Shown here in pieces: positions 46,644 through 57,174 of a stretch of 64,000 bases of DNA. The stretch covers positions 35,136 through 99,135 of the forward strand of contig DITQ01000008.1 in NCBI GenBank assembly GCA_002422165.1, read 5' to 3'. A program made the position numbers and the translations under genes. Under the pieces are notes generated by a model that worked only from the letters and a program-made list of their open reading frames with translations, did no database searches and was not told the origin of the DNA. Position 1 is the stretch's first letter. Each line of letters begins with the position of its first letter. This DNA comes from Candidatus Pacebacteria bacterium UBA6180 (GTDB lineage Bacteria > Patescibacteriota > Microgenomatia > UBA1400 > PJMF01).

Positions 46644-47747
46644 TTAGAGGTATTCCTTCTTATTTTCTTCTTTGAGACGTTCGACTAGTTTCTTGACATC
46701 TTGACTCTTGTTTTTGGGGCAAATCATCAGGATTTCGTCAGTATCGATGACGATCATATCCTCAATGCCAGAAATCGCCACCAGGCGACCGTCAGTGTGA
46801 ATCAAGTTGCGGTGGGCATTGACGGACAGCGTGCGAGCTTCTTTCTCGTCGCCGATGGTGACGTTGCCGGAGAGGTCTTTTTTGCCTAGTTCATAGACTA
46901 CTTTCCAGTCACCAACATCGTTCCAGCCGAAATCACCAGGGATGAGAACTAAATTATCAGCTTTTTCGCTTATGGCATAGTCGATAGAGATGCTTTCGAT
47001 GTTTTTGTAGACAGTTGGCAAGGCTTTGTGAAAATCTTGACTGCTTAGTTGGTCAAGCTTGGCGCAAACCTTGAGCATTTCTGGCATAAATTTGGCAAAA
47101 GCAGCTTTAAGCTGCGTAGCTGCCCAGACATACATGTTGGCGTTCCAGAAATAGGCGCCTGTTGAGATGAAGGCAATGGCTGTCGGTAGATTGGGCTTCT
47201 CAGTGAAGCTGTCTACTTTGAACAAAGTCAGGCCGCGTTGGATATTTTTAATATCTTTGCCTACCTTGATGTAGCCAAAAGCACTTGTCGGGTAAGCTGG
47301 AGTGATACCAACAGTCACCAGATATGGATTCGCAGTGGCAGTCTCAACTGCAGCCTTCATCACTTTGACGAATTCGGGCAAATCTTCGACAACGTGATCT
47401 GAAGCAGCGTTGATGACAATTGCATTTTCATCTTTACTCTTGGCATAGAGAGCGCCAATCAACATGGCAGCAGCAGTGTCGCGCTTGGCTGGTTCGGCAA
47501 TGATGTTTTCTACTTTGATTTCGGGGAGTTGTTTTTTGACTTCTGCCAAATACATTCGGTTGGTGACGACAATGATGTTTTCCCAGTTTACTAGTTTGTT
47601 GATGCGGGCGGCGGCCACCTGCATCATGGTTTGGTTACCAGTTAATTTAAGGAATTGCTTAGGGGTTTTTTGGCGCGACTTAGGCCAAAGTCTAGTGCCG
47701 CCGCCGCCTGCTAGGAGGACGGCGTAGAGGTGTTTATTGTCGGTCAT
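46644..47747 (-). CDS. manC: Mannose-1-phosphate guanylyltransferase-like sugar nucleotidyltransferase
   Basis: LAGGGGTRLWP nucleotidyltransferase motif. C-terminal left-handed beta-helix-like region. Confidence 0.75.
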   Translation of the reverse strand: MTDNKHLYAVLLAGGGGTRLWPKSRQKTPKQFLKLTGNQTMMQVAAARINKLVNWENIIVVTNRMYLAEVKKQLPEIKVENIIAEPAKRDTAAAMLIGALYAKSKDENAIVINAASDHVVEDLPEFVKVMKAAVETATANPYLVTVGITPAYPTSAFGYIKVGKDIKNIQRGLTLFKVDSFTEKPNLPTAIAFISTGAYFWNANMYVWAATQLKAAFAKFMPEMLKVCAKLDQLSSQDFHKALPTVYKNIESISIDYAISEKADNLVLIPGDFGWNDVGDWKVVYELGKKDLSGNVTIGDEKEARTLSVNAHRNLIHTDGRLVAISGIEDMIVIDTDEILMICPKNKSQDVKKLVERLKEENKKEYL

Positions 47748-48913
47748 AGTTTTCCTTCTTTTTTAGCTTGGTAAGCTTGGCTTAGTGCCTTTCCAAAATT
47801 ACGAGCGAAACTATTTGTATCATATTTTAGAGCATTTTTCTGCAATTGTCGGGAGTCAAACTCCATTTTGGTCAAGTCTTGCAGAGTATTTTGCAAGTTG
47901 TTGGCAATTTTCATCAAACGATCCCCCTCTTTGTAGGGAAAGTGGAGGCCATGTTTACGGTGGGTGATGAGCTCGCTAGCACCGGCTAACTGATTGATGA
48001 CGACAGGTTTGCCAAAAAGATTCCCTTCTAGAGCGGTGATGCTAAAGTCATCGAGACCAGGACTCAAGACGGCCAGGCAATGGCGATATAATTCAGCCAG
48101 TTCTGCTTGGCTGAGATAACTTCGAAAAGTAATGAGTTTTGTTCTAATCAAACTTTTTAGCCGATCTTTTTCTGGACCTTCACCGACGATAATTAGGTGA
48201 TAGCCTAAGCGCTGGCAGGCCAAAATAGCAGCGTCAACGTTTTTGTAAGGTACCAAGCGAGCAACCAGCAGAAAGTAATCTTTGACAGGGTTGCTTGGAT
48301 CTTCATTAGTTGGTTTTTCCTCCAAAAGACCGCGATCAACTGGTGGGTAAATGATGTGGGCAGTTTGCAGACGAGGATAATATTTGTGTGCTCGCTGGGC
48401 TACCACCTTAGCAATTGGTGTAACTAGATCTGGTCGAAAAATAGCGACCTGATCCCATTTCTTCAGATAATTAAGAGCGGTTTGAGCTAGCCAGCGAATT
48501 GGAAAGAAGTTCAGCAAGTGATTTTTTTGCAAATACTCTTCCCTGTAGTGGTATAGATAGCGTGTTGGACTTAGCAAATAGCAGAAGTGCAGTTGGTCAC
48601 GACGGGTTATTACCCCCTTGGCCTCAGCACTGGTGACAGAAATGATGATTTCGTAGCCAGATAAATCCAAGAATTCAAAAGCTAGTGGCATTAAAATTGC
48701 CAGATAGCGATGCAACTTCCGTGCCAGAGGAATTTTTTGTAAAAAAGAAGCTTTCACGACAAAAGCCTTAGCCCAAGAGGCTTTTTTTGGGTCATAAACC
48801 GAGGTAAATAGGGCAGCTTGTGGATAGAGTTTGTGCAATGCCAGAAGGACTTGTTCAGCCCCACCATGAGTTACAGTGGCGCGGTCATAGATGATGGCGA
48901 TTTTGGCGCTCAT
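47744..48913 (-). CDS. Glycosyltransferase family 4
   Basis: GT-B fold. Start set at ATG 48913 (MSAKIAIIYD…) abutting the upstream stop. C-terminal GT4 region. Confidence 0.75.
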   Translation of the reverse strand: MSAKIAIIYDRATVTHGGAEQVLLALHKLYPQAALFTSVYDPKKASWAKAFVVKASFLQKIPLARKLHRYLAILMPLAFEFLDLSGYEIIISVTSAEAKGVITRRDQLHFCYLLSPTRYLYHYREEYLQKNHLLNFFPIRWLAQTALNYLKKWDQVAIFRPDLVTPIAKVVAQRAHKYYPRLQTAHIIYPPVDRGLLEEKPTNEDPSNPVKDYFLLVARLVPYKNVDAAILACQRLGYHLIIVGEGPEKDRLKSLIRTKLITFRSYLSQAELAELYRHCLAVLSPGLDDFSITALEGNLFGKPVVINQLAGASELITHRKHGLHFPYKEGDRLMKIANNLQNTLQDLTKMEFDSRQLQKNALKYDTNSFARNFGKALSQAYQAKKEGKL

Positions 48914-48915
48914 GA

Positions 48916-50067
48916 TTAAACTTCTTCCGACAAATGTTTTTGAAATTCTTGCCAAATGTCCCGAGCCATCCAAGCGAAGCTGTAGCTAGCAGCCAGTTCT
49001 GAGCCTCGGCGCAAAACTTGTTTACGCTCGCTCAGTTCTAAGTTTTTGACGGCGCGCAAAAAGTCTTCTGGAGAATGAGGATCAAAGAAAAAAGCTGCCT
49101 TCCCATAAGTTTCTCGAAAAATTGGAATGTCGGAAGCCAAGACAGCAGTTTGGCTAGCCATGGCTTCAACGCCAGTCAGGCCAAAGCCCTCAGAAAAAGA
49201 GGGTTGTACCAGAGCCAAAGATTTCTGGTAAAGCTCAATAAGCTTTTCATCTTTGACATAACCCAGAAAAATAACTTGTTTTTTGACCTTATAATTGGAA
49301 ATTAATGCTTTGATTTGGTCTTGAAATAGGTTCCGAGAGCTGGCGATCAAAAGTTTGTATTTGGGCAACTTTTTAAGACTCTTGATAATTAATTTTAAGT
49401 TTTTGTGAGGATAAAGTGAGCCAGTGTAAATTAATTGTTTATGAATTTTTTGTTTAAGCTTTGGTGCATGTAAAGCTTTTTGGTAAGCTGGAGCGATACC
49501 TTCTTTGCTGATTAAGACTTTGTTCTTAGAGCTTGGATAGTAGTGAACAATGGTTTTGTAAATGGTGCGACTGGGAACAAAAATAGCCTGAGCTCTTTTG
49601 ATTGCTCTAGAGCTGATGAGGCGGTAAGCCAAATACTTGATGGGGTATTGCCAAGCCTTGAGGGTGGTGGCTTGCAGACCTTTTTGTTCGTGCCATAGTA
49701 AATCATGAATTGTAATGATCAGTTTGCCAGAGTAAGCCAAAGGTACATTCCAGTGCGGAACATACAAAAGATTTAAGTGAGCTCGTCGGTAAATCATGGG
49801 TAGGAGCAATTGTTCACGTAAACCGTAGTGTTTAATGCCGGTGAAGACGAGTTCGATTCGCGGATGATTCAAAGAATTTCCGAGAACCTGCTTGGCTTGG
49901 CGGCGGTCAAAGAAAAAAATCACGAAGGTGGTTTCTAGGTTTTTGGCTTGGTCTGCTAAAGGCAAGAGTTCTCTAATCAGGTTTTCACTATAGCGACCAA
50001 TTCCAGCGTGGGCTTGGCCAGCTAGTCGTGCGTCAATGCCGATGCGAAATTGTTTATTAGCGACCAT
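48916..50067 (-). CDS. Glycosyltransferase family 4
   Basis: EGFGLTGVEAMA… is the GT4 E-x7-E region. Confidence 0.8.
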   Translation of the reverse strand: MVANKQFRIGIDARLAGQAHAGIGRYSENLIRELLPLADQAKNLETTFVIFFFDRRQAKQVLGNSLNHPRIELVFTGIKHYGLREQLLLPMIYRRAHLNLLYVPHWNVPLAYSGKLIITIHDLLWHEQKGLQATTLKAWQYPIKYLAYRLISSRAIKRAQAIFVPSRTIYKTIVHYYPSSKNKVLISKEGIAPAYQKALHAPKLKQKIHKQLIYTGSLYPHKNLKLIIKSLKKLPKYKLLIASSRNLFQDQIKALISNYKVKKQVIFLGYVKDEKLIELYQKSLALVQPSFSEGFGLTGVEAMASQTAVLASDIPIFRETYGKAAFFFDPHSPEDFLRAVKNLELSERKQVLRRGSELAASYSFAWMARDIWQEFQKHLSEEV

Positions 50068-50947
50068 CTGTTTTGATTAGGACAAAATACTTAACTAAAT
50101 TACGAAAAAATTTTGGATATTTATCTAAATAATGTTTATCATAATACTGCAGCATGGTCTTGTAGAAGTGCTGCCTAGTCATCATAGCAGTTTTTTTGTT
50201 GCTACTTTTGATACCAGACTTATTTTTGTAGTGGATGATTTTGATTTTTGGATAAAAAACAATTTGGTAGCCGCTATCGCGAAAACGTTTGCACCAGTCT
50301 AGATCTTCAGCATACATGAAGAAGTTTTCATCAAGTAGGCCGACTTTTTTGACTGCGTTATTTCTGACGATCATAGCGGCGCCACTACAAGCATCAATCT
50401 GGTGAATTTCCTGGAGGTTTTTGTAGCTTTGGTGATAGCTGCCAAAAAGTTTAGTTTTGGGAAATATTTTCTCTAAGCCGATAATATAAGAGAAACTCGC
50501 AAAAGGGGTGGGTTCTCCACGATGGCAGGCTGGATCTAAATCTCCATCGCCTAGTTCAATTCTTGGTGAAGCAACTGCTACTTCTTTGTGTTGATCTAAA
50601 TAGTCAATAATTTCATCTAGGTTGGACTGCGAAGCATCTAGAAATTCAGTGTCGGAGTTGAGCAGCATGAGATAACGAGCCTCGTTTTTTTTAATAGCGA
50701 CATTATTGCCAAAAGCAAAGCCGCCATTTCGTCCTGATTCAAGAATAGTAACCCACTTAAAATTCCTTTGTAGTACTTTAATAGAATCGTCGGTGCTAGC
50801 ATTATCAACAATTGTCACTTCAACCTTATATTTGCTCTTACTCAAATAATTTTTTTTCAAGCTAGGCAATAATTTTTTGAGCCAAAATTGACCGTTGTAA
50901 TTGAGTATGATGATGTTTAAATCTGCTGTTTGTTTATAGTTTCGCAT
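50057..50947 (-). CDS. Glycosyltransferase family 2
   Basis: …IIILNYNG…DNASTDDS…LLNSDTE… is the GT2 DxD region. Confidence 0.8.
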   Translation of the reverse strand: MRNYKQTADLNIIILNYNGQFWLKKLLPSLKKNYLSKSKYKVEVTIVDNASTDDSIKVLQRNFKWVTILESGRNGGFAFGNNVAIKKNEARYLMLLNSDTEFLDASQSNLDEIIDYLDQHKEVAVASPRIELGDGDLDPACHRGEPTPFASFSYIIGLEKIFPKTKLFGSYHQSYKNLQEIHQIDACSGAAMIVRNNAVKKVGLLDENFFMYAEDLDWCKRFRDSGYQIVFYPKIKIIHYKNKSGIKSSNKKTAMMTRQHFYKTMLQYYDKHYLDKYPKFFRNLVKYFVLIKTDGR

Positions 50948-52133
50948 AATTTCCTATTTCTCGATAAATTTTATCTAATTTATTCGAGATTAAATTCCAA
51001 TCATAGTTTTGACTGACAAAATCTTTGCCGTTTCTAGACAGTTTCTGCCAAAGCTTTTTATCACTTAGAACCTTGACTGTCAAATCTGCCATTTCTTTGG
51101 GTAGATTGCTGGTTAGAACCTGTTCGCCATTTTTGATTTTTAGACCTTCGACAGCAATTTGGCTAGCTACAACTGGAGTACCACTGGCCATGGCTTCTAG
51201 AATTTTATAGCGTGTGCCTTTGCCACTAAAAACTGGTGCCAACAAAACATCGGCGCTGTTAAAGGCGTCGCGAATGTCCTCCACTCTGCCAGTGACGCTA
51301 ATCTGTGGATCATTCTGGCCATAAGAAATTACTCGCTTAGTTGGAGCATTACCAACTATCAAAAGTCGTGCGTTTGGAATTTGCATCTTGATTGATGGCC
51401 AAACCTTCGTGACCAAAAAATCTACTGCTTCGATGTTTGGTAGCCATTTAAATGTCCCAACTGACAAGATTGTAGGCTGCTTGGTCTGTTGGCGTTTGAT
51501 AGCGGCAAACCAGGCTGTATCTACACCGTTGGCAACTACATCAATTTTTTCTTTATTGATTTCTTTGCCAATGAAATGACGATCCTCTTCACTCATCACG
51601 ATCAAGCGCTCGGCTTTTTGCCAGTAGTATTTCTCCCAGCGGTGGATTTTCTGAACATCTATACTAAGCAAGACATGTAAATAAAAAGGAAGCTTTTTGA
51701 CGTAACTCTCGTAACCTAAGTATTCAATGGTTTGTTCAACCAAAATGATGGGAATCTGACAGTCTGGAATGTGGGGCATCATGTAAAAAGTTTCAGCATG
51801 GATGAGATCATAATCATTTTGAGCGATTTCACGGCGCACTGCTTCGAGACTCCCCTGTGCTTGGTTGCGAATGACTAGAAAAGGAAAGCTAGAAAAAATA
51901 GTTTTGAAAATATTTTTAAGAGTGAAAGGCTTTTCACTTCGCTTGAAAACTCTGACTTTGTGGCAATATTTTTCTAATTCTTTGACGTGTTTTTTCTCAT
52001 CTTCACTTTTAATAAGCGAAAAAAGAGTGATTTGGTGTTTTTGGCTCAGTTTCTTTAGTAAATTATAGGTTCTAATTTGCCCACCAGAAAGCAGAGGATA
52101 TGGCAGGTAGGGAGTGAGCATCAAAATTTTCAT
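50934..52133 (-). CDS. Glycosyltransferase family 4
   Basis: GT-B. …GKGTRYKILEAMASGTPVVA…. Confidence 0.8.
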   Translation of the reverse strand: MKILMLTPYLPYPLLSGGQIRTYNLLKKLSQKHQITLFSLIKSEDEKKHVKELEKYCHKVRVFKRSEKPFTLKNIFKTIFSSFPFLVIRNQAQGSLEAVRREIAQNDYDLIHAETFYMMPHIPDCQIPIILVEQTIEYLGYESYVKKLPFYLHVLLSIDVQKIHRWEKYYWQKAERLIVMSEEDRHFIGKEINKEKIDVVANGVDTAWFAAIKRQQTKQPTILSVGTFKWLPNIEAVDFLVTKVWPSIKMQIPNARLLIVGNAPTKRVISYGQNDPQISVTGRVEDIRDAFNSADVLLAPVFSGKGTRYKILEAMASGTPVVASQIAVEGLKIKNGEQVLTSNLPKEMADLTVKVLSDKKLWQKLSRNGKDFVSQNYDWNLISNKLDKIYREIGNYAKL

Positions 52134-53584
52134 GGTTTCTCTGTCCGCAAGTCAATGATAATGTAGTCGGCAGTTTTAGCAAGCGCTTGATATTTTGCCT
52201 CCAGTTCTCTAGCTTCGTCATCATAACTAGTAGAAACATAGATGCTAGCTCCTTTGTTAATTTTGTCTTCAATTTCTAAGCCAATGGGCCAGCCACGGCG
52301 ATTAGCTTGAAATAGGAACTGGGTGTCCCCCATGGCAGGAGCGATGACGATGGCGTCTTTGGCCACCAGTTGATCGACGACTGCTCCAGCCTGAATGTAT
52401 TCCCAATGGTTAATGTTAAAGTAGCCTAAAACTTGCTTGGCAGAGAAAAAGATTCCAAAAATAAAAATAAAACCAACAGTAAGGGTAGCAATTTTTCGAT
52501 TTAATAGTTGGTGTAAAATCATCACTCCACGAGCAACAGAAATTGCCACGATGGGTAGGATGAGGTTTTGGTAGTAATCATGCATGACGTTGCCAGTTGC
52601 GATGACTGAAAAATAAAGCAACACAGATAGCCACCAGGCTCCGTAAAAGTAAAAGTCTTTATTTTTTTTCAGTAAATTGCTAAATAGAAAAATCACCCCG
52701 AAATATCCCAAGAATAATTTAGTAATTCTCTCGTAAAAAAGCCAGCGAAACCAGGCAGGTCGAAAACGAATAGGAGCAGTGTCGACAACAGTAACGCTAT
52801 TAAATAACCAGTCGGAAACAGGGACGCCGCTTGGGAAGCTTTTTATCCATTCTCGCCACCAGAACATAGGAGCGAAAGCTAAAACTGGCAGCAAATATAT
52901 TCTTGGGTCAAGTAAAATTTTATTTTGGCGGAATTGCCATAAAATTATCAAGTAAACAGGGGCTAAAAAAACCACGAAAGGTTTAAGTAGCGCGGCTAGA
53001 GCGAGACCAGCGATAGATAGAAAGTAGCTGGACCATTTTTTAGTTTTGGCGAAAAGGTAGAATTGCCACAAACCCAAAGTCGAAAAAAACAAAAAATAAG
53101 GTTCTGGCAAAATTACGCGAGAGTAGTAAACGCTGTAAGGCAAAATCGCATAAACCAAAGCACTGAGTATAGCCAATTTAGAATCAGAAACTTCTCTGAC
53201 CAGCTGGTAAAGGACATAAATCGTCAATAGAGATACAAAAACGGACGACAAGCGACTCAAAAGCACCAGGTCTAAGCTAGGAAAGTTGCGTAAAATAGAG
53301 GCAAGCAAAGCATTGATAAAGGGAAATTCGACCATGCGATAACCCTCTAGATTATCTAAGCCGGACTGAATATTAGATAGATCATGGTATTGTGGGCGCA
53401 GCAGATCAATTTTTTCGGCCTTTACATATTCCCTGGTGACTGAGGCGGTGTCAGCTTGACGAAAAGCGTGCCAATCAGCAATGGGATTATCAATGCGGTA
53501 AAGTCGCAAAACTAAGGCCAAGAACAAAACCAATAGTAGTTTGGTGCGGGGTTGCTCAAGAGCTTTTTTTAGCTTTTTTAACAT
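52130..53584 (-). CDS. GT-C fold membrane glycosyltransferase (family 39/83, PMT/ArnT-like)
   Basis: N-terminal …RLYRIDNPIADWHAFRQADT… loop with a conserved acidic residue. ~11 TM. Confidence 0.65.
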   Translation of the reverse strand: MLKKLKKALEQPRTKLLLVLFLALVLRLYRIDNPIADWHAFRQADTASVTREYVKAEKIDLLRPQYHDLSNIQSGLDNLEGYRMVEFPFINALLASILRNFPSLDLVLLSRLSSVFVSLLTIYVLYQLVREVSDSKLAILSALVYAILPYSVYYSRVILPEPYFLFFSTLGLWQFYLFAKTKKWSSYFLSIAGLALAALLKPFVVFLAPVYLIILWQFRQNKILLDPRIYLLPVLAFAPMFWWREWIKSFPSGVPVSDWLFNSVTVVDTAPIRFRPAWFRWLFYERITKLFLGYFGVIFLFSNLLKKNKDFYFYGAWWLSVLLYFSVIATGNVMHDYYQNLILPIVAISVARGVMILHQLLNRKIATLTVGFIFIFGIFFSAKQVLGYFNINHWEYIQAGAVVDQLVAKDAIVIAPAMGDTQFLFQANRRGWPIGLEIEDKINKGASIYVSTSYDDEARELEAKYQALAKTADYIIIDLRTEKP

Positions 53585-55196
53585 TATTTTTAATAGCTAG
53601 TTTATTGTAGGCCAGAATTGCTCCTGCCAAAGCCCAGTAAGTAAAGGCTACCTTGGAAGAAGCAAAGACATCGATGTAAGTGGCGTTTAGTAACAAGCCC
53701 ACGCTAGCAGCAATAAAGGCGATATTGGCGATTTGTAGCTGTTTGTCTTGGCTTTGTTTCTGTTGACGATACAAGACAGCTAGCAGAGTGAAGATGCCAC
53801 CATAAAAGCTTAGGAAACCGAGTAAGCCAGTCTCCCCCAAGGTGCGCAAGAAATTATTGTCAGTGCTCTCGGCTTCAGTAAACTGCTGAAACTCTTTTTT
53901 GTTGAGGGTGGCGTAGCCAGAACCAAGCAGGGGATTTCTGACGAATCCTTTGATAGCATTAGGCCAGAGCTCATCGAGACGAATGGCAAAAGACAAGCCA
54001 TATTTAAGAGCGTTATCTGACCAAACTCGAGGTTTTTCCACATAAGTGATAGTTATGGCGCCCTGACTAGACTCGGTGCTAACTGCTACTCGATCAGGAA
54101 TGTCTGCATAGACATCAGCTGGTCTGGTAGTTACGGGTTGAGTGTCAGTGCGTGTCAAAACGCTATCGAGATCAGTGTTGTCAAAAGCAATGCCGTTTTG
54201 AGGTTTGTTTCTTTCTCGTAGTTCTTTGATTTTGGCAATTGGATTTTCCAGGAATTCTCCTTGTTTAACCAGGAACTCTTTAGATTTTTGGTAAGGTTCG
54301 AAAATGGCTGGATAAGCCTGTAGGGTGTGTTCAAGTCGCTCGCGCATGTCGGCGCCAAAAACCAGCATCATCAAAGCCACTAAAAGCAAGTAAGCGCTAG
54401 ATTTTTTGAAAAAATAACCAACTTTCGCTAGAAATCCTGGCTTACTGAGGGTAAAAATCAACAGGCCAGACAAAACAGCACCAATATAAGCAATAAAAGA
54501 AGTGCGTGAGGCACTCATGACTAGCAACCAAAGGCCAAGCAGGTGCACACCGTGTAGAGTGGTTTTTTGCCATTTTTGCTGGTTGTGAATAGCGAAAAGG
54601 TAGAAAATTGGTAGAACTATGACTAGGTAGGCTGCCAGATCATAATGTCCACCAAAAGTGGATTGGATGCGGGCATGTTCAGTTAAATAAAGCACCATAC
54701 CTTTGCTAAATTCGCGGTTCATGGTCGAAAAAACTGGCCAATACCAATAGCGTTGGCCGTAGCCGTAAACCACCACAGCCAAGACGGTGAAAGCCAGAGC
54801 ATAAAAAATGACCTTGAGATCTTTGGGTTTCTTGATGGCAGAGAACATAATAAAAAATAAGACAAAATATTCAGTGTATCTAAATAAGTGTAGGACAGAT
54901 TTACCAACGTGAATTAATTCTAGAGGGATAGTTTTGATGAGAAACATTGCTGAGAGGATAGAAAGACTGGCAAAGCCAAGATAGGCAAAAATCCAGGGTG
55001 TAAGCTGATTTTTGAAATCAAGCTTGCGCCGCCAAAGTTGAACAAGATAGTAAAGGAAAGCTGCCAGCACAAACACGTCTTCCACCCTCACTCTGACAAT
55101 GTAGCCAGGCAGGACATCAAAAAGAGGAATTTTTGGGTAAAGCGGGATGAAAGCAAGTAGAAAACTGGCGATGATGAGCAAGAAGTTTTTTGACAT
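53556..55196 (-). CDS. Polytopic membrane protein, O-antigen polymerase/ligase-like (Wzy-type)
   Basis: 546 aa, >10 TM and a large C-terminal periplasmic loop. Context within the glycan operon. Confidence 0.5.
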   Translation of the reverse strand: MSKNFLLIIASFLLAFIPLYPKIPLFDVLPGYIVRVRVEDVFVLAAFLYYLVQLWRRKLDFKNQLTPWIFAYLGFASLSILSAMFLIKTIPLELIHVGKSVLHLFRYTEYFVLFFIMFSAIKKPKDLKVIFYALAFTVLAVVVYGYGQRYWYWPVFSTMNREFSKGMVLYLTEHARIQSTFGGHYDLAAYLVIVLPIFYLFAIHNQQKWQKTTLHGVHLLGLWLLVMSASRTSFIAYIGAVLSGLLIFTLSKPGFLAKVGYFFKKSSAYLLLVALMMLVFGADMRERLEHTLQAYPAIFEPYQKSKEFLVKQGEFLENPIAKIKELRERNKPQNGIAFDNTDLDSVLTRTDTQPVTTRPADVYADIPDRVAVSTESSQGAITITYVEKPRVWSDNALKYGLSFAIRLDELWPNAIKGFVRNPLLGSGYATLNKKEFQQFTEAESTDNNFLRTLGETGLLGFLSFYGGIFTLLAVLYRQQKQSQDKQLQIANIAFIAASVGLLLNATYIDVFASSKVAFTYWALAGAILAYNKLAIKNNVKKAKKSS

Positions 55197-55226
55197 CGGT
55201 TAACAATCTATTTTATATCTTTAACT

Positions 55227-56219
55227 TCACTTAAGCAAAGCTCTCGCCTCTTTGTAAATTTGTGCAGGGACACTTCGACCACGTAGTGAATAGTAGATTT
55301 GACGAAGCAGACAGCCCTTGAAAAGAATGAGTTTGAGCAGCGGTAGTTGCCAGCTTGGCTTGTGTTTGCGCCAAATGTAGAGATAGCCTTTGATTTCTCC
55401 GAGAATAGCATTGCGTGAGGAAGAGCTGGCTTGACCGAAATGAACAATCTTCGCTTTGGGGTGAATGGCGACGTCGAAATGGTGATGATGAGCACGCAGG
55501 CAATATTCCTGGTCTTCGCCATACATGAAAATATTTTCGTCCAGCATGCCAATTTCATCGATGAGTTCACGACGAATCAGCATGGCGGTGCCAGCCACCC
55601 AACCTTTGGAGATAAGTTTGGGAGTGTTTTCGTCATAACTTTGAAAAGCAAAATCACTCAAGCCAGTATGCTGGGTAGAGGGGAAAAATTTGCCAAAAAA
55701 AGGAACGTCATCGAGGAAAAGCATCTGAGAAGTAACAGTTAGCAGGCTGGGCAACGAGCCACCTTGGTTTTGGATGCTGCCATCTTCGTTGAGTAAAGTT
55801 GGCGCCAAGATGCCAAGTTTATCAAATGGCCCACTACTTTGCAGGCTGGCAGTTTTTTCTTGAACGGCGGTTTTTTCCATGGTTTCGACCAGTAGGCGTA
55901 GGCTACCTGGTTGAGTGATAGTATCGGAATTGAGTAGCAAAAGATATTTGCCTTTGGCCAGTTTGGAAGCGTGGTTATTGGCACGAGCGAAACCTAGGTT
56001 TTTTTTGTTGACTAGAACTTGGTAATGAGGAAACTTGAGTTTTTGAAGTAAGTTTTTGCAGGCCTTCACTGAATCATCGTTGGAATTATTGTCGACGACG
56101 AAAATTTCAGTTTGGTCTTTAAGCAACTTGGTAGAATTAATTTCCTGGATGGCGCTCTCCAGAGTTTGTATGGTTAAGTCTTTGGTGTTGTAAGAGACAA
56201 CGATGATGGAGAGTTTCAT
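55227..56219 (-). CDS. Glycosyltransferase family 2
   Basis: …SIIVVSYNT…DNNSNDDS…LLNSDT… is the GT2 signature. Confidence 0.8.
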   Translation of the reverse strand: MKLSIIVVSYNTKDLTIQTLESAIQEINSTKLLKDQTEIFVVDNNSNDDSVKACKNLLQKLKFPHYQVLVNKKNLGFARANNHASKLAKGKYLLLLNSDTITQPGSLRLLVETMEKTAVQEKTASLQSSGPFDKLGILAPTLLNEDGSIQNQGGSLPSLLTVTSQMLFLDDVPFFGKFFPSTQHTGLSDFAFQSYDENTPKLISKGWVAGTAMLIRRELIDEIGMLDENIFMYGEDQEYCLRAHHHHFDVAIHPKAKIVHFGQASSSSRNAILGEIKGYLYIWRKHKPSWQLPLLKLILFKGCLLRQIYYSLRGRSVPAQIYKEARALLK

Positions 56220-57172
56220 AAACGCCTTTTGACAAAATTTTTCAGTTTGACAGTAGTTAGCTTTATTCTATCAAGAAATGAAACTTTTTCAGCTCCGACA
56301 CTAAGCAGCGTGCCGCCAATTGAGAGAAGCATGCTGAGAAGTAGGACGAGGGAGAGCTTTTCACCATAAAGCATGATGCCAGCGAGAGCGGCAAATTCTG
56401 GTGATAATAAACTACCAAGCGAAGCGGTATTGGCGGAAAGATACTTGATAGACATTTGACTAAAACCCATGAAAAGCAAGGCACTTAGAGCGATCACTAA
56501 CATAGCCAAGAGCGATTGGGGGTTAATTTGCTCTAAGCCCTGCAGGTGAAGACTATAAATTGCTAATGGAAAAAGTAAGATGGTCAGAGCCAAATTGATG
56601 ATCAAGACCATTTCCAGAATAGAAAAAGCACCACTGAGTTTTTTGGAAAAAACCAAATAAGCAGAATAGCCAAACATACCGATAAAAATCAAGAAATTTC
56701 CGTAAAAAGTCCCCAGAGACAACCTCTCTTCTGGCGATTTGGAGAAAAAAAGCAGTAGCAAAACGCCAGCAAATGCCAAAGACATGCCAAGCGCTTTTTT
56801 AGGATTGATGCGCTCACCTAATAAAAAGTAAGCCAGCAGGCTGGTGGCGATTGGGGTGAAAACATAAATAAGCTGCGAAGCAATTAGTGTGGTGTGAGAA
56901 ACACCAAAAGAAAACATGGTTATGTTGAGACCCAAGCCTAGACCGAGCATTAAGGCAAGCAGAAAATATTTTTTTTGAAAAATTAAATGATAACGGAATC
57001 GACCTCTAAAAAAGCCCAAGAGCAAAAGTAACCCTAAAGAAATTCTAAACCAATTAAGTAAAAAAGGATGGACTAGGGTGGCGCCATAACGAATTACTGA
57101 AGGTAAAATTGCTCCACCAACAAAAGCCGCAGCAAGCAAAGCAAACAAACCAAATAATTTGTCTCTAGTCAT
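56216..57172 (-). CDS. EamA/DMT-family transporter
   Basis: 10 TM in two EamA-like halves. Confidence 0.7.
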   Translation of the reverse strand: MTRDKLFGLFALLAAAFVGGAILPSVIRYGATLVHPFLLNWFRISLGLLLLLGFFRGRFRYHLIFQKKYFLLALMLGLGLGLNITMFSFGVSHTTLIASQLIYVFTPIATSLLAYFLLGERINPKKALGMSLAFAGVLLLLFFSKSPEERLSLGTFYGNFLIFIGMFGYSAYLVFSKKLSGAFSILEMVLIINLALTILLFPLAIYSLHLQGLEQINPQSLLAMLVIALSALLFMGFSQMSIKYLSANTASLGSLLSPEFAALAGIMLYGEKLSLVLLLSMLLSIGGTLLSVGAEKVSFLDRIKLTTVKLKNFVKRRL

Positions 57173-57174
57173 AA

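Noticed and set aside
55208-55984. Overlapping ORFs 55208-55570, 55231-55503, 55431-55742, 55739-55984
   Set aside because: Alternative frames within the GT2 gene 55227-56219.
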